Assembly: GCA_010093605.1 (NCBI GenBank)
Contig: MU004188.1
Location: 1,751,918-1,815,917, forward strand
Origin: Lophium mytilinum
Taxonomy: Eukaryota
Direction: 5' to 3'
Length of the DNA: 64,000 nucleotides
Shown: positions 1-12,034 of the stretch, in pieces
How the letters are laid out: every line of letters starts with the position of its first letter
Numbering within the stretch: position 1 is the stretch's first letter
Translations under genes and position numbers: made by a program
Notes under the pieces: model-generated
Databases searched by the model: none
The model's input: the letters and a program-made list of their open reading frames with translations, nothing else
What the model was told of the DNA's origin: nothing

Positions 1-1200
1 AGTATTATTAGGCTATATAGTATATAGGTAAACTACTACTAGTCTATATAGTAATATTACCTGCGCTAGTAGTTTATATAGATATTATATAATTTATGCA
101 GTTTACTAGAAGTTTACGCCGTTTACTACTAAGTATTAATAGCTCTAACTTTTATAGTTTTAGGTTTTCCTAATAATAAAACTTATACTATTTTAAAACT
201 TATACTACTTAAGGTATCTCTAATTCTATTAATCTACTTAAGGTCTTTCTATTTAAATATCTCTTTATTAATCTCTTTAAGTAATATTATATAATATATA
301 GAATATATTTAGAAGGGCGCTATTAATATTATACTTTCTTCTCTCTATACTATCGCCCCTTCTATAAGATAACTACATGCCCCTTCTATCTAATCTTCTA
401 ATTAGCTTAGAGGGCTTAAATTACTATTCCGGCGCTTAAAATAGAAGGGCTATATAGCCTTACTATTTTATTATAAATTCTTACTATTTCTAGCAGCCTA
501 TTATATAGAATATATAGCCGCGCGTTGCGTATAAGGCTATAGATAAGGTTATAGATAAGGCTATTATATAAGGCCGCGCGTAAGGCTATACTTATAGTAT
601 ACTTCCTGTTTTCTATAGTATATATAGGCCGTTATACTACTACTTACATGCCTATATGCCTATAAGTATAGTAAAATAGTTATACCCTTACCTTATTATA
701 GCCTCTCCGTAATAAACCTGGCCCCCTACATTGCCGCCGCACCCCCCTAGCTATCTTAATCCAGAAACCCCTCCATTTCCTGCTTGTATAATGCCATCTA
801 ACGTTGGAGCTCCTTAAGGCTAAGCCGCGCTGGCGCTGCCTGAGGCTAAGGAGCAAGCTGGGGCTAAGGCTTAGGATGAGTGGTCTCATAGCGCTGCGCC
901 GCCTCTCTCCGTAAAGGATGAGGACATGATTGTTTGTGGCCACGCCGCACTTAGAGAGAGCATTTTGGAATTAGAGGCCCTAGAGGACCTCTCCAAGCCA
1001 ATTAGAAGGTTAAATAGGAGGGGGGTGAAGTTGCATTATAAAAGGGGTGTTGGCGCAGAGAAAACGGGGTATAATATTAATGGCGCCCTTCTAAATATAT
1101 CCTATATATTATATAATATTACTTAAAGAGATTAAGAAAGAAATATTTAAAAAAAAAGGGACCTTAAGTAGATAGATAGAAAGGGAGAGCTCTTAAGTAG

Positions 1201-1416
1201 TATAAATTTTAAAATAGTATAAGTTTTATATTCTTATAGAATAAAACTATAAGCGTTTAAATATAATATAATAAATATTAGAGAAGCGTTTTATAATGCA
1301 TTAAATGCTGTACTTATATAACTTTATTACTGTTAATATAGAATAGAACTTAAGCAATATAATTCCAATCTATCTATCTATCTATCTATTGTTACATTAA
1401 CTCTATACCTTTAACA
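1201..1416 (+). repeat. Diverged LTR of the same Copia family in opposite orientation
   Basis: Reverse complement begins TGTTAAAGGTATAGAGTTAATGTAACAATAGATAGAT and follows the LTR sequence with deletions. Confidence 0.8.
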
Positions 1417-1561
1417 AGTTAATAGATAGGTAGATAGATAGATAGATAGGTAGGAATTATATTACTTAAGTTCTATTCTATACTAGTAGTAGTATAAATA
1501 TATATAAACACTATTTAATACATTATAAAACGCTTCTCTAACGTTTTTATAATATTATCTA
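1417..1561 (-). repeat. Truncated LTR fragment of the same family
   Basis: Matches LTR interior (GAATTATATTACTTAAG...CATTATAAAACGCTTCTCTAACG) and stops directly at the 1562 LTR. Confidence 0.75.
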
Positions 1562-1824
1562 TATTAAAGGTATAGAGTTAATATAAGAATAGATAGATAG
1601 ATAGATAGATAGGAATTATATTACTTAAGTGTTCTATTCTACATTAACAGCAACGGAGTATATATACAGCATTTAATGCATTATAAAATATTTCTCTAAT
1701 GTTCTTATAACGTTATCCAACGTTTATTATATTACGTTTAAACGCTTACGGTTTCGTCCTGTTTAGAGGCTTTTAAGCCTATTACGCGTAAGGATATAAT
1801 GCTTATGCTATTATAATCCTTATA
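1562..1824 (-). repeat. Copia 3' LTR
   Basis: Near-identical, same-length copy of 6666-6928; ends TATTAAAGG...CCTTATA (RIPed TG...CA). Confidence 0.92.
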
Positions 1825-1868
1825 TACTCCCTTAAGCGTTATATGCTTATTTTATATATTCTTTTTAA

Positions 1869-1878
1869 ATAGATAGAG

Positions 1879-1945
<67 letters not shown>
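1869..1945 (+). repeat. (AGAT)n microsatellite in Copia 3' untranslated region
   Basis: Directly visible tetranucleotide array; shorter arrays occur in both LTRs and at ~5935-6110. Confidence 0.9.
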
Positions 1946-1946
<1 letters not shown>

Positions 1947-2046
1947 TTTCTTCTTTACACAGATAGATAGATAGATAGATAGAATCTATATATCTATGTA
2001 TTTATATATTTGCGCAATAGAGTTATATCTATATATCTATATATCT

Positions 2047-5000
2047 ATTTAGTATCTAATCTTATATAGTCTACTATTTTAGTAAAACTACTTCCCACTA
2101 ATAGTTTAGTAAATATATCAGCTATTTACTCCTTAGTATTAAGGTAGGCTAGCTTTATTAATCCATTTTAAACGTTTTCTCTTATAAAGTAATATTATAT
2201 ATCTATATATTTAGTTTTTAAGTGGTGTTTAGGATTATTAGCTAATTCTATAGCTAATTAACTAACTGTAAATAGATAGAAGTCTTTAGTATTTTCAATA
2301 TTAAGTTGTTTTAATATACTTATTAAGTATATATATTCTTTTATAGTTTCTTTTAAAGCTATATATTTAGCTTCGCAACTAGATAGTACTATAGATTTCT
2401 ATAGTTTACTATTCTAGCTAATAGGTGTTTTTCCATAGGAAAAGTAATATCCTATAGTAGATTTTCTTCCTATTATATTACCCCCGTGATCTATATTAGA
2501 ATAACCTAATATATAAGGTGCAGGATTATTAGAAGAAAATTTAACGCTTATTCCTTGCGTAGGCTTATATAATAAGTATTTCTATATTCTTTCTAAGGCT
2601 TTAAAGTAAATAGGACTAGGATTAGACATAAAATAAGCGCATAGATTTACGCTATAGGCTATATCTAGTCTTATTTTTATAGATAGATAGATAAGACTTC
2701 TAACTTATTATTAGTATAGTTTTATATCCTCTTTTAATGCCTGTTTATTATTTTTCTCTAGTTTTATACCTATTTCTCCTAATATAGAGACGGGATTTAG
2801 TTTCTCTTTATTAAATCTTTTTAATAGACTTTTTATATACTTTTTCTAGCTTAATAATAGGGTTCTTTCCTTTCTATTACGTATTATTTCCATGCCTAGA
2901 AAATAAGATATTAGGCCTAGATTTATTAATTCTAAGTCTTTACTTAGTTTTAGTTGTAGATTTTCTATATCTTTTATATTTAGGCTAAATACTAATAAAT
3001 CATCTATATAGCAGACTATTATTATATTTAATTGCGTATTTTTAAATACTACTTAGTCTGCAATAGTACTTTTAAAACCGTACTTTACTAGATAAGTAGC
3101 TAGATATATATACCACTGTCTAGGTAATTATTTTAGGCTGTATAAGGCTTTATTTAGTTTATAGACTTTACTATTATTTTTATTAAAACTATATAGTTAT
3201 TCCACGTATAGTTCTTTATCTAAATCTGCATGCGTAAATGCATTTTTAAAGTTCTATTATATTATTTCCCAGTTATAATAAGTAGCTATTATAAGTAATA
3301 GCCTATATATTTCCAGGCGGCAGGTATTTATAAAGGTTTCTTTATAATCTATACTGTAAGTTTAGCTAAAACCTTTTACTACCTATCTTGCCTTATATTT
3401 AGATATATTATTATCTATATTAGTTTTAATTTTATAGACCTAGCGTCCTTTTAACGCATTTCTATTTACTAGTAAGTCTACTAACTCCCAGGTATTTTGC
3501 TTATTAAGCTAGTCTATTTTTATTTGCATAGCTTCTTTCTATTTATTATTATATAGGGATTCTATAGCTTATTTATATATATTTGGCTTGTTGTTATTAT
3601 TAATAATAAAGGCTAATTTATCTTTAGATAGATTATCTATATATATATTTAATAATTATACTTAATTTTTATCTATATATCTATTTATTAAATTTAGATT
3701 TTATATATATCTTTAAATAGATAGATTTCTAGATAGTTTTAAAGCTAATTTATCTTTAGAGCTTTTATCTATTATTAAATTATTACTACTTAAAGTATTA
3801 TTACTTATAGTATTACTTGTAGTATTATTACTTATAGTATTACTTATAGTATTATTACTACTTATTATATTATTATTTATATTTCCATGTTCTTTTAGTG
3901 GTTTTATAGCATATTCTATAAAGCTTATATTCTTATTTACTTTATTCTTTATATTTAGAAAGCTTTCTATTATAGTTATATCTCTTGCCTAGAAGATTTT
4001 ATTAGTTTCTAGATCTAATAATCTATACGCATTTAGACTATAGCCTAATATTATAGCCTTTTTAGCTCTTAGTTCTAATTTAGTTATTTGCGTTTTAACC
4101 TTATAATAAGCTATAGAGCTAAAGATTTTTATATTATCTATTTTAGCTTTTCTTTTATAATATAGCTTAAATGGCGTTTTATCTTTTAACCTAGAGTGCG
4201 GTGTTCTATTATATATATATACGGCCGCATTTACAGCTTCTCTCTATAGATTAAAAGGTAAATTAGCTATATATAATAGAGCCCTTACTATACTAAATAT
4301 AGTTAAGTTAATTCGCTCTACTAGACCGTTTTATTCCGGCGTATAGAGGCTTAAGAGTTAATAGGTTATACCCGTTTTTAAAAGAGTTATTTTAAACTTC
4401 TTATTTATATATTCTCCCCTATTATTAGTTTTAAAGATTTATATCTTTCTTTTATCTTCTATATTTTTAGCCTTAGCTTTATATTCTAAAAAGGCGTTAT
4501 AAGCTTTATCTTTAGACTTTAATAGTTTATATTCTATATATCTTAAAGCTNNNNNNNNNNNNNNNNNNNNNNNNNNNNNNNNNNNNNNNNNNNNNNNNNN
4601 NNNNNNNNNNNNNNNNNNNNNNNNNNNNNNNNNNNNNNNNNNNNNNNNNNNNNNNNNNNNNNNNNNNNNNNNNNNNNNNNNNNNNNNNNNNNNNNNNNNN
4701 NNNNNNNNNNNNNNNNNNNNNNNNNNNNNNNNNNNNNNNNNNNNNNNNNNNNNNNNNNNNNNNNNNNNNNNNNNNNNNNNNNNNNNNNNNNNNNNNNNNN
4801 NNNNNNNNNNNNNNNNNNNNNNNNNNNNNNNNNNNNNNNNNNNNNNNNNNNNNNNNNNNNNNNNNNNNNNNNNNNNNNNNNNNNNNNNNNNNNNNNNNNN
4901 NNNNNNNNNNNNNNNNNNNNNNNNNNNNNNNNNNNNNNNNNNNNNNNNNNNNNNNNNNNNNNNNNNNNNNNNNNNNNNNNNNNNNNNNNNNNNNNNNNNN

Positions 5001-5925
5001 NNNNNNNNNNNNNNNNNNNNNNNNNNNNNNNNNNNNNNNNNNNNNNNNNNNNNNNNNNNNNNNNNTTATTAGGGGTATAATAGGATGCTAGAAATACCTT
5101 TACTTTAGCTGCATCTAGTTCTATATTAAAATCGTCCTATCTAGAGTTAGATTCCTCTATAAGTAAGGATTCTTCCTTCTTATTATTATCTTTTAGTGGT
5201 TTAAAGTACTCCTTTATTCTAAACTATTTTAGAGCTCTTTCTAGAAATAGATAGAAATAATCCTTTATAAGGTGCGTAGCTGTTTTACACTTCTTATAGT
5301 ATTGTTTTTCTATTCTATTCTTATTTTTAGGCAAGAACCTTTTAGTTCTATTAAATAGAGCCGTTTTATACTCTTTAGACTCTTGTCTTCTTACTTTATC
5401 TATTAAATTAGAGAATAAATTATCTAATTTAATATTAGATGAATTTTCCCTATAGAATTATATAACTATTATTATAAAGCCATTATAGGGGTCCATTAGG
5501 TTATTTAAAACCTAGGCTATAATAACTTAATTTAGTAATTTAAGCTTTTTTGCTTTTAATTAATCTATTAACTATTTTATCTTATTTAAGTAATCTTCTA
5601 TAGTTAAAAACTTAGATAAAATAGTATTAAACAGTTCCTTATAAATAAGGCATTTAGAGCTAAAGCCCTTTAGGCTATATAGCTTCTTTAGTAGCTTCTA
5701 AGCTTCTATTACAGTAGTAGAATACTATAATTATAATAGAGGGCCGTCCTCTTTAGTAAGCCTAATAGTGGCTAATACTTTTATATTATTTTCCTTATTA
5801 ATAGGAATAGTAGTGCTACTAATAGTATTACTACAACTTTTTTCTACTAAGAGAGATTGTACTCTTAGAGCCCAAACTTTATAGTTAGATTAACTAACTA
5901 GCTTAGTAATACTAATTTTATCTAT
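2047..5925 (-). pseudogene. Copia gag-pol, RIP-degraded
   Basis: Minus-strand translation gives gag start (M)DKISITKLVS*SNYKVWALRVQSLL, degraded Zn knuckle YKKCKTATHLIKDY (~5260-5305), integrase YTPE*NGLVERIN (~4310-4345), RT KLNKALYSLK*LPRQWY (~3110-3160) and CYIDDLLV (~2990-3013), RNase H NNPKHHLKTKYIDI*YYFIRE...IADIFTKLL (~2100-2250). Stops are TAA/TAG as expected from RIP. Confidence 0.9.
4551..5065. other. Assembly gap (515 N)
   Basis: Run of N inside the Copia pol region. Confidence 1.
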
Positions 5926-6665
5926 TTTAGATTAAATAGATAGATAGATAGCCCGTTAGGCAAATAGATAGATAGATAAATAGATGGATTTCTATATATC
6001 TATAGATTTTTATTTAAATAGATAGATTTTTATCTATCTATATATTTAGTAAATAGATAGATAGATAAATTCTATATATCTATATATTTAATAAATAGAT
6101 AGATAGATAGAAAGAGAAATATTTTAATTTTTAATTAATTTATCTTCTTATATTAGATAAGATAATAGAATAAAAGGTTATAATCTAATCTAGAGTATCT
6201 AGATTTAATACATAATAGATAATAGAGGTTAGAAGGTTAATTATATAGTTTATAACGTAATATAAGCTTATAGAAGCTTTATAATAGTAAATATAAATTT
6301 CTTTAGTCTAATTTTATTTATAATGGATTTATAATTCTAGATTATATTCTAGCTGTTATATAGCAGGTTTATAGTTAATAACTTTATCCTCTTCTTTAAT
6401 TTTAGCTTTATTTTCAGCTATTTTAGCTTTATTTTAAGCTTAAAACTACTTATATAGTAGTATAGTAGGTTTATATACTAGTAATAGTAAATAAGATAGT
6501 AAATAGCATTATTTTTATCTAATATTTAGTCGATTTAGATGATTCTTATTAATATTTTATTAATTTAGATAATTTTAATCAATATCTAGTTAATTTTAAG
6601 ATAGAACCTGCCTGTTAGTGCTTTATATAGCTATAGATTGCGTGGTGCAATCTAGGCTTATAATC

Positions 6666-6928
6666 TATTAAAGGTATAGAGTTAATATAAGAATAGATAG
6701 ATAGATAGATAGATAGAAATTATATTACTTAAGTGTTCTATTCTATATTAATAGTAATAGAGTATATATACAGCATTTAATGCATTATAAAACGTTTCTC
6801 TAACGTTCTTATAACATTATCTAACATTTGTTATATCACGTTTAAACGCTCACGGTTTCGTCCCGTTTAGAGGCTTTTGAGCCTATTACGCGTAAGGATA
6901 TAACGCTTATGCTATTATAATCCTTACA
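6666..6928 (-). repeat. Copia 5' LTR
   Basis: Direct repeat of 1562-1824; right end retains CCTTACA. Confidence 0.92.
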
Positions 6929-8090
6929 GTGAGTGGAGGCCGTGTAGGCTGTTGGAAACGGAAAGGCTGCGTACCGTGTGGGTAGTACACAGCTGTTGTA
7001 CGGGGCTGACTGCGCCTATAGAGCTTATACAGCGCCTGTATGCGTCCGGTGGCCTAGCATGAATTTGACGCCACAGTTGTACTAGATGGGATTACAACGG
7101 AGGAAGCATCTTTCTGGACAATACTTTACTGAGACTGAGCTAGGTCTACTCAAAAGCATGGTACCGTGAGGCGTTACTTTCGAGATTATCCCTCTTTTAT
7201 GAGTAACTTCGCGGCTTAATATCCGCGCTAAGCTACCGGATGCATTCACAAGCTATAAGTGAGAGTTTCCGTAGATGCTGTTCGCAAAAGCAACCCTTAC
7301 TAGGGTACCTCTTCTAGCTAGGACACTGGCACCTCCAACGCTCCATTCCTAGATCTATCTTAGATGTCCTTTCAGGGATTGTAAATATTGTCACTAGCCG
7401 GCCAGGCCAGGGATAAAGTTGACTGTTCCTCGCATTCGTTGTTAAGCGAGCGATGTGATTGAAGTTACGTGGGGTATGCTGAGATAAACGCCTGCTGCGC
7501 TTTCCGCTTCCTAACGCTCCGGGCCGCCCCGCCTGGGCCATCATCAAACGCACAAGGATCGAGTCCTGAGAACGGGGGAGTCGGTTATACTTGCCTTCAG
7601 ATATATCTATACATAGGACTCTACTGCGGCACAGCCACGCCAAACGTCCATGGTGCAACACTCCAACTCTTCCCCTTACCATTTCTGCAAGCCTGTCACG
7701 CCCCAAGTTTCTGTAGACGCCAGCCTCGAATCTAGGTGTGGGCTGTGTTGTCGCAGCCTATCATTCCCGTGATGAACCGCTTCGCAGCCCTGTCGCTGCC
7801 CCTTTATTAGTTGGTCTTGCAGATTAAAAAGTCAACCTCGGGCTATTTCAACAGGTCAATGCCTGAAGATGTTGGGGGCGCGGCGCTTGATACCTCTCCA
7901 ACATAACCTGTTCCGCGGAGAGAACGACATGGCCTGCAATCATTTTCTTAAGGCCCGTGGACTGCACTACCTCAAACAACTCAAGCAGCCATGAATGACT
8001 AGCTATCCCTCTGTACCTGATACTTATTCTTCGAGTCTGGAACCCTGAAAAGAAATATTAGCTCACTGCGACAGAGTCTACCTTTCCGAC

Positions 8091-10209
8091 ATGTCCACTC
8101 AGCTCGAATCTCAATTCATAACCGCCGCATGCAACGAACCTCCGACGGAACCTACTAAACCTAGCAAGTTCCTGCTTCAAGAATGGTGGCTGGAAATCGG
8201 TGCTGTGTTTCTGAGCCTCGGCTCCTTTTGCGCCATGAGCGGAATCTTATTACGGCAGGATAAGCAGCCGTTGTCGAACTGGACTTTCCCAACTTCTCTC
8301 AACACTGTTGTTTCAATCTTAGGGACAATCTCAAGGACGACACTTGCTTTTGCGACTGCGGCGTGTCTAGGTCAACAGAAATGGAACTGGTTCCATGGCA
8401 GATCTAATCGGCTCAGCGCTTTTGAGAGATTTGACGACGCAACACGAGGACCCTGGGGTGGCACACTGCTGTTTATAGCTTTGCGGATGAAGTAAGCAGT
8501 TCTAGTAGGGATTGAGCTAATATGTTATTGACACGATCAGGCATTGGGCCGCTCTTGGAGCATTTGCATCCGTTATCTTCATTACCTTCGATCCATTTCT
8601 CCAGGCCGTCATAACGACATATGGAGACCTCAATGTTTCCTCGGTTTCCAGCATTCCACAATTAGGCAGGACGTCACGCCTTGATCTTGGCTGGATCACC
8701 GGAGATCAGGGGTGCATGCTTGACGGCCCCAGGGACATTACGATGGTAAACAATGATACAGAGTACTTTTTCTATACGGCAGACATCTTCCAACTCTATT
8801 CATGGACGATCACGCCGGATCTTGGCCTCAACTCTGCTTTGTTTGGCGCTCTCTCAAAATCAGGTCTCTCTGGAAGTTCTCTCGCCGCTAGTTGCGAGAC
8901 TGGAAACTGTACATGGCCGACATATACATCGCTTGCTATTTGCAGTGCATGCAGCGATGTTTCAGCTCATATCAACTCCTCTAGGACTTACATAAACGAC
9001 TCGTTTTCAGACTCAACCCCGCCGTACTGGAGCGTTGAATACCATTTAGATGCTGTTCAGCTCATCAATAACGAGTCGGCCCTATTCAATGCTTCTGGGG
9101 ACATCGTGTTTGGCCTTAATGCCACAGCGAACCCGGCCGAGACGATATCATTCAGAAACTCTAGCGCCCTCATTGTTGCATTTACCACCATGAAGAGTCC
9201 GGACTCATATCTCAACGGAACGACAAAGTGGAGTGAGTCAAAGCCTGTCGCGTCGGAGTGCGCCCTGTCTTTCTGCGTCAACGAATATACCACAACAATG
9301 GTTAACAACACGGTTCATGAAAAGGTCAACAATTCTTATTCGGCACGTAATCACGATTCCTACGGCCACTTACAAGATCCCGAGAATTTATGCCAAATGA
9401 TCAATGTACAGAATGGGTATGGCCTTGGTGCTGAGACCAATACCAATATGTCGTCGTCAACGAATAATCTGACGGCTTATTGCTCTCAAAGTTTCGAGTA
9501 CTGGAAGAGCTTTACTGGTAATTCACTCTGGATGAAGATCGGCTCTCTCTTCAACTACTCCGAGCCTTTGAATCAGTGGGACTTGCAGCTGCTCGGGCCG
9601 GAAGGGGACGGCGGAAGTACAACGAAATTCAACATCAGCGTCGTCACCATCATCAGCACGATACAGTACATCCTGGACTGGTCACTTGGATCACAGAGCA
9701 CCAAGTCAATCAGTGAGGAGATGGGAGGTACTTGTGAATTTTCGCCGAATCCACTCGTGATGGGAACGATGAAGAACGTTTCTGGTGGTTCTCAGTCCCA
9801 AATGATGTCCGTGCTCTTTCAGACGTCAAATATCACGTCAACTTTCGAAAACATCTCTCTTTCAATGTCAAACTATATTCGAAACATCGACCAGGCCGAA
9901 ATGGTTAATGGAACCACACTTCAATGGGTTACACATTTCAAGATCCAGTGGGCCTATCTGACGGCGCCGATTACCGCTCTGGTTGCTGGATGCGTATACG
10001 TTGGCCTCGCAATCGGGCAGACACGGAATCTCCGACTACCCGCGTGGAAAGAATCAATCGTCCCGACTCTTGTATATGGCTTGAGCAAAGACGACCAGGA
10101 GTTTTTGAGGGATTCGGGGACAAAGGACTTGATTGGCCGGGCTAGAAAAACGGTTAAGCTTCGGTTTGATGACGACGATGGTGGAGTTCGGAAGTTGAAA
10201 GTGGTCTGA
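8091..10209 (+). CDS. DUF3176-type membrane protein (2 exons: 8091-8491, 8541-10209)
   Basis: GTAAGC...GCTAA...CAG intron joins ORFs in frame. Motifs WWLEI, SLNTVVSIL, LGQQKWNWF, FDDATRGPWG, FDPFLQ, CETGNCTWPTYTSLAICSAC and C-terminal TM with WKES are typical of this fungal family. Confidence 0.85.
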
Positions 10210-10302
10210 GGGGATCTGTCAATAGTCTGGGTGTTAATGTTGCTATAATGGAGTTTAGATGGTAACATCATCTTCTTAAATTATTTGCTACGCTAGTCGC
10301 AT

Positions 10303-11118
10303 CTACCCCAAGTATCTTTCGCTACCCAGGAATGCTTTGATGTTTGGCCTATTTTCGATAGCGTCCACCAACTCCTTGAGGCGCGGGTACTCTTTCAGTC
10401 CAGCTCGTCCGTCTTGCGTCAACTGCTCGTCGTGGAGGAGCTGATACAACACCAGATCAGCGTATGTGACGTTTGCGCCGATGATAAACGGGCCACTGCG
10501 AGAGGCATCGTGAGATGACAAGTGGGTGTTCATGGCCTTCAAGAACCTGACTCGGTTTCCTTTACAGTGCTGGGGGTAAGTGGTGTCTTTGTTTTCGGAA
10601 AAGAAGGCAGTGATGAACAGCGTTCGCCCTTCAGATTCTCATGCGTTAGTCGATGCTAGTGTCAGCGGTTGAATCAGATAAAACACTTACAATCAACGAC
10701 GATGTCGCACATTGCATCGGCCCAGTACTTCTCCTCTTCAGTCTGCCCGTCATATTTGCCTAGCTGGCGCGCGAAGTGCCTGAGGATGGCATAGCTCTGC
10801 GTCAAGATTCTGCCATTCAACTCAATGACCGGGATGTTGGTTGTTGGGTTGAGCTCAGAGATCTTGGTGGCCTTGTACTTTGGGTACTCTTCGAAGCTGT
10901 AGCGGATGTCATTGTAAGCGATTCCGGCATCCTGTAGGAAGTTCGAGTCAGAACGTCCTCTTCACGATCGAGGATCAAAGCTAGTATAATACCTCCCAAA
11001 GTAGCCTTATGACCTGGCCACGCCCACGAGACTGAAAGTCGAAGTAGTGAAGAACGGGCACTCCGCCTATCTTCTCATTGCTAGCGCCGGGAGTCCCATA
11101 AGACTTTGTCGATGGCAT
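10303..11118 (-). CDS. Glutathione S-transferase (3 exons)
   Basis: Spliced product MPSTKSY...LHYFDFQSRGRGQVIRLLWEDAGIAY...NIPVIELNGRILTQSYAILRHFAR...VTYADLVLYQLL; introns ~10933-10992 and ~10629-10690. Confidence 0.9.
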
Positions 11119-11320
11119 GTTTCACTTTGTATAAAGCTATAAGGCTAGAAAACTCGAGGTACGTAATTGGAGCTTGCGGGAATTGAGCTGTGTAGTAAAG
11201 GTCTGAGAAAAAAGCATTGAACAAAGCCGCGCCGCTTCACATATACGTCGAAGGGAAGCAAGTCGCGGAGAACGTAAATTGCATCAGTGTGGAGTCTATC
11301 ATGACGAAGGCGGTAAAAGT

Positions 11321-11361
11321 CTAGATTTAGTGCTCACGACTAGATTTAGTGCTCACGACTA
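11321..11361. repeat. 19-bp tandem duplication CTAGATTTAGTGCTCACGA x2
   Basis: Exact direct repeat in the GST/MFS intergenic region. Confidence 0.9.
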
Positions 11362-12034
11362 AAAGAGATCTCCGCGGACGTTGAAAACGAAGACTACAAC
11401 TAACCAAGAGGTTGGTCGTATAGAAGAGTTACTTTACCAAGATTAGGCATACACCTACGAAAGTCAAGGGCTACAGCTCGAGCCATTTACTTACACTCGA
11501 GGATCTAGTAACGCAGGTCGTAAAAAGCTTGTGCTTCGAGACATACGTAATGGAAAGAGACGAGATGTGTGCCTTTCATTTGTTCTTTCGATCAATCCAA
11601 GAGAGCAACGAGGCCACGAAGCCTTGACGGGTGAAGCTTTTGGCCTCAGGACCACGACAAGATTCTTTGTTCAATCGATAGATCTATGTCGTTCTCACAT
11701 AGAAGTACTAGACGGCATACTCCGTGCCCCGCAAGAACCCCGCGTTTACGACTCGCGTTTTCTAAAGTCCGTCTCGGCCGAAGATGGCACCAAACAACAA
11801 GGCTGTCGGCAATTCGCAGCTCCGATTGGCTGTATGCATGCGTTCATCCCGAGAACACGACGATTTCAAGCCTTTCAAGAGGTTGAGTTGTAGAGAGGCG
11901 TTGATCGTGCAGATCTCTTCAGCCGCGGAGGGTCTCATTTCTTGTTCCCTTTCTCTTCCATCGCGCGTTGTTGACTCCTTCGATCCTGCTATTTGCATTT
12001 CAACTCCTGCACCGGCACACTTTTCTGCCTTGCC

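Larger units (their letters stand above)
1562..6928 (-). mobile_element. Ty1/Copia LTR retrotransposon, RIP-inactivated
   Basis: Two 263-bp direct LTRs (1562-1824, 6666-6928). Minus-strand PBS-like GATTATAAGCCT (RIPed GGTTATGAGCCC) next to the 5' LTR and purine tract AAGGGAG next to the 3' LTR. Copia domain order gag-integrase-RT-RNaseH. No matching TSD, and an N-gap lies inside. Confidence 0.93.

Noticed and set aside
680..1126. ORFs 680-943 and 926-1126 as genes
   Set aside because: Inside a RIP-affected repeat region with no recognisable motifs.
7314..7735. Overlapping short ORFs next to the Copia LTR
   Set aside because: No motif, non-ATG starts, no supporting splice structure.
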